Positions 62,657 through 64,000 of a stretch of DNA of 64,000 bases are shown here, one piece after another. The DNA comes from an uncultured beta proteobacterium (GTDB lineage Bacteria; Pseudomonadota; Gammaproteobacteria; Burkholderiales; SG8-39). The stretch spans positions 84,097-148,096 of the forward strand of contig CAIYPG010000118.1 in NCBI GenBank assembly GCA_903928055.1, written 5' to 3'. A program made the translations under genes and the position numbers. A model generated the notes under the pieces. It made no database searches. It was not told the DNA's origin and was given only the letters and a program-made list of their open reading frames with translations. Position 1 is the first letter of the stretch. Each line of letters opens with the position of its first letter.

Positions 62657-64000
62657 ATGACAGGGCGCATGCCCTGTGACTTGCGGGGCAAAGGCAGACG
62701 TTTGAACCAGCCGCCGAATCGGAACCCAAGCGACACGATCGTCGCGGTTGCCACCCCTGCAGGGCGGGGCGGCATCGGCATCGTCCGCCTGTCCGGATCC
62801 GGGCTACTGCTGATCACGCAATCACTTCTGGGACATACGCCACCGCCGCGTCACGCGGCGAAGGCGGCTTTCCTTGATGCATCTGGCGCGGTCCTTGATG
62901 ACGGCCTCGCACTTTATTTTCCCGGGCCCGCATCCTATACCGGCGAAGACGTGCTGGAGTTGCATGGCCACGGTAGTCCCGTGGTGATGCAGATGCTGCT
63001 CAAGCGTTGCATCGAGCTTGGCGCACGACTGGCCGAACCGGGAGAATTTACCCGGCGCGCTTTTCTCAATGACAAAATAGATCTCGCACAGGCCGAAGGT
63101 GTGGCCGATCTCATTGAGGCCTCCACCGAAACCGCAGCGCGTTGCGCGTTGCGCAGCCTTCGCGGGGAATTCTCCGGCGCGATCGACGCGCTAGTTCAGC
63201 AATTGATCGAACTGCGCATGCTGGTGGAGGCGACGCTGGATTTTCCCGAAGAGGATATTGATCCCGCAGATCGGTCAGTGGCCGGGCAGCGCCTCATTCG
63301 CCTGCAGGCGGAGGTGGGTCGTGCCCTTGAGAGGGGCCGGCAGGGAAGCCTGCTGCGCAGCGGTCTGCAGGTTGTACTGGCAGGACAACCCAATGTTGGC
63401 AAGAGTTCGCTGCTGAACCGTCTGGCGGGTGAAGACATCGCTATCGTAACGGCGATTCCCGGCACTACTCGCGACACGATTCGCCAGGCCGTGCAAATCG
63501 AAGGTGTTCCGCTACACATCATCGACACGGCAGGATTGCGGGAAACCGCCGACCAGGTCGAGGCCCTGGGCATTGCCCGGACCTGGGGTGCCATCGACAC
63601 TGCGGATTTGCTGATCCTGATTGTGGATGCCAGTCAAGGCGTGACGGCCGAGGATCAGGCGATCCTCGCGCGATTGCCTCAGGAATTACCCAAACTGACC
63701 ATCTTCAACAAGACTGACCTGTTGCAGCAAGCACCGCGGATGCAATCGGGCGACCATGGTTCCGAAGTCCATCTTTCAGCAAAGACCGGTGCGGGTCTGG
63801 ACTTGCTGAAAGCCGAAATTCTGCGCATGGCCGGATGGCAACCAGGGAACGAAGATCTCCTGATGGCCAGAGAGCGCCATCTTGCCGCGTTGTCTGAAGC
63901 GGCCGCGGCGTTGCAGCGCGCCGGCCAGGCGTTGGCGCGGCCCGAGTTTTTCGCCGAGGAATTGCGCCTTGCTCAGGCCTGCCTTTCCGGAATTACCGGC
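62657..64000 (+). CDS. mnmE: tRNA modification GTPase, 3' end outside window
   Basis: Hand translation of the open frame gives [37 protein letters not shown], the G-domain motifs [21 protein letters not shown] and DTAGLRE, and NKTDL. The frame stays open to base 64000. The start could be ATG 62657, ATG 62669 or TTG 62702. Confidence 0.9.
   Translation, partial: MTGRMPCDLRGKGRRLNQPPNRNPSDTIVAVATPAGRGGIGIVRLSGSGLLLITQSLLGHTPPPRHAAKAAFLDASGAVLDDGLALYFPGPASYTGEDVLELHGHGSPVVMQMLLKRCIELGARLAEPGEFTRRAFLNDKIDLAQAEGVADLIEASTETAARCALRSLRGEFSGAIDALVQQLIELRMLVEATLDFPEEDIDPADRSVAGQRLIRLQAEVGRALERGRQGSLLRSGLQVVLAGQPNVGKSSLLNRLAGEDIAIVTAIPGTTRDTIRQAVQIEGVPLHIIDTAGLRETADQVEALGIARTWGAIDTADLLILIVDASQGVTAEDQAILARLPQELPKLTIFNKTDLLQQAPRMQSGDHGSEVHLSAKTGAGLDLLKAEILRMAGWQPGNEDLLMARERHLAALSEAAAALQRAGQALARPEFFAEELRLAQACLSGITG

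Overview
Origin-proximal chromosomal segment of a GC-rich betaproteobacterium. Gene order and protein sequences look Nitrosomonadales/Rhodocyclales-like with a methylotroph flavour, but the taxon cannot be proven from this window. About 60 genes are recognisable and nearly all are core functions. At the right end sits the replication-origin gene set: gyrB-dnaN-dnaA on the minus strand, divergent from rpmH-rnpA-yidD-yidC-mnmE. Further left are topB-smg-dprA, the conserved def-fmt-rsmB-DUF4390-ntrY-ntrX-trkA-trkH block, metH, monomeric icd, and a porin-glnK-amtB nitrogen module. A complete, translationally coupled N-methylglutamate (methylamine utilisation) cluster, mgdABCD-gmaS-mgsABC, lies next to a divergent XRE/cupin regulator. 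I saw no rRNA, tRNA, CRISPR array, transposase, integrase or phage gene. The most unusual items are: (1) an orphan gene fusing a DUF1399/GRDP-like domain to seven tandem 12-residue AAWCSA repeats, conserved at peptide rather than DNA level; (2) an apparent decayed pelX/pelA-like exopolysaccharide remnant; (3) a conserved LysM protein interrupted by one in-frame TAG at a conserved Trp; (4) a 90-bp AT-rich spacer with a Fur/Zur-box-like palindrome between two convergent genes, next to a C-terminally short COG0523 GTPase; (5) an NtrX-type regulator with a degenerate AAA+ core. All family assignments come from reading the translations and motifs; no searches or numeric composition calculations were possible. 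rpmH and mnmE are absent from the ORF track and were translated by hand.
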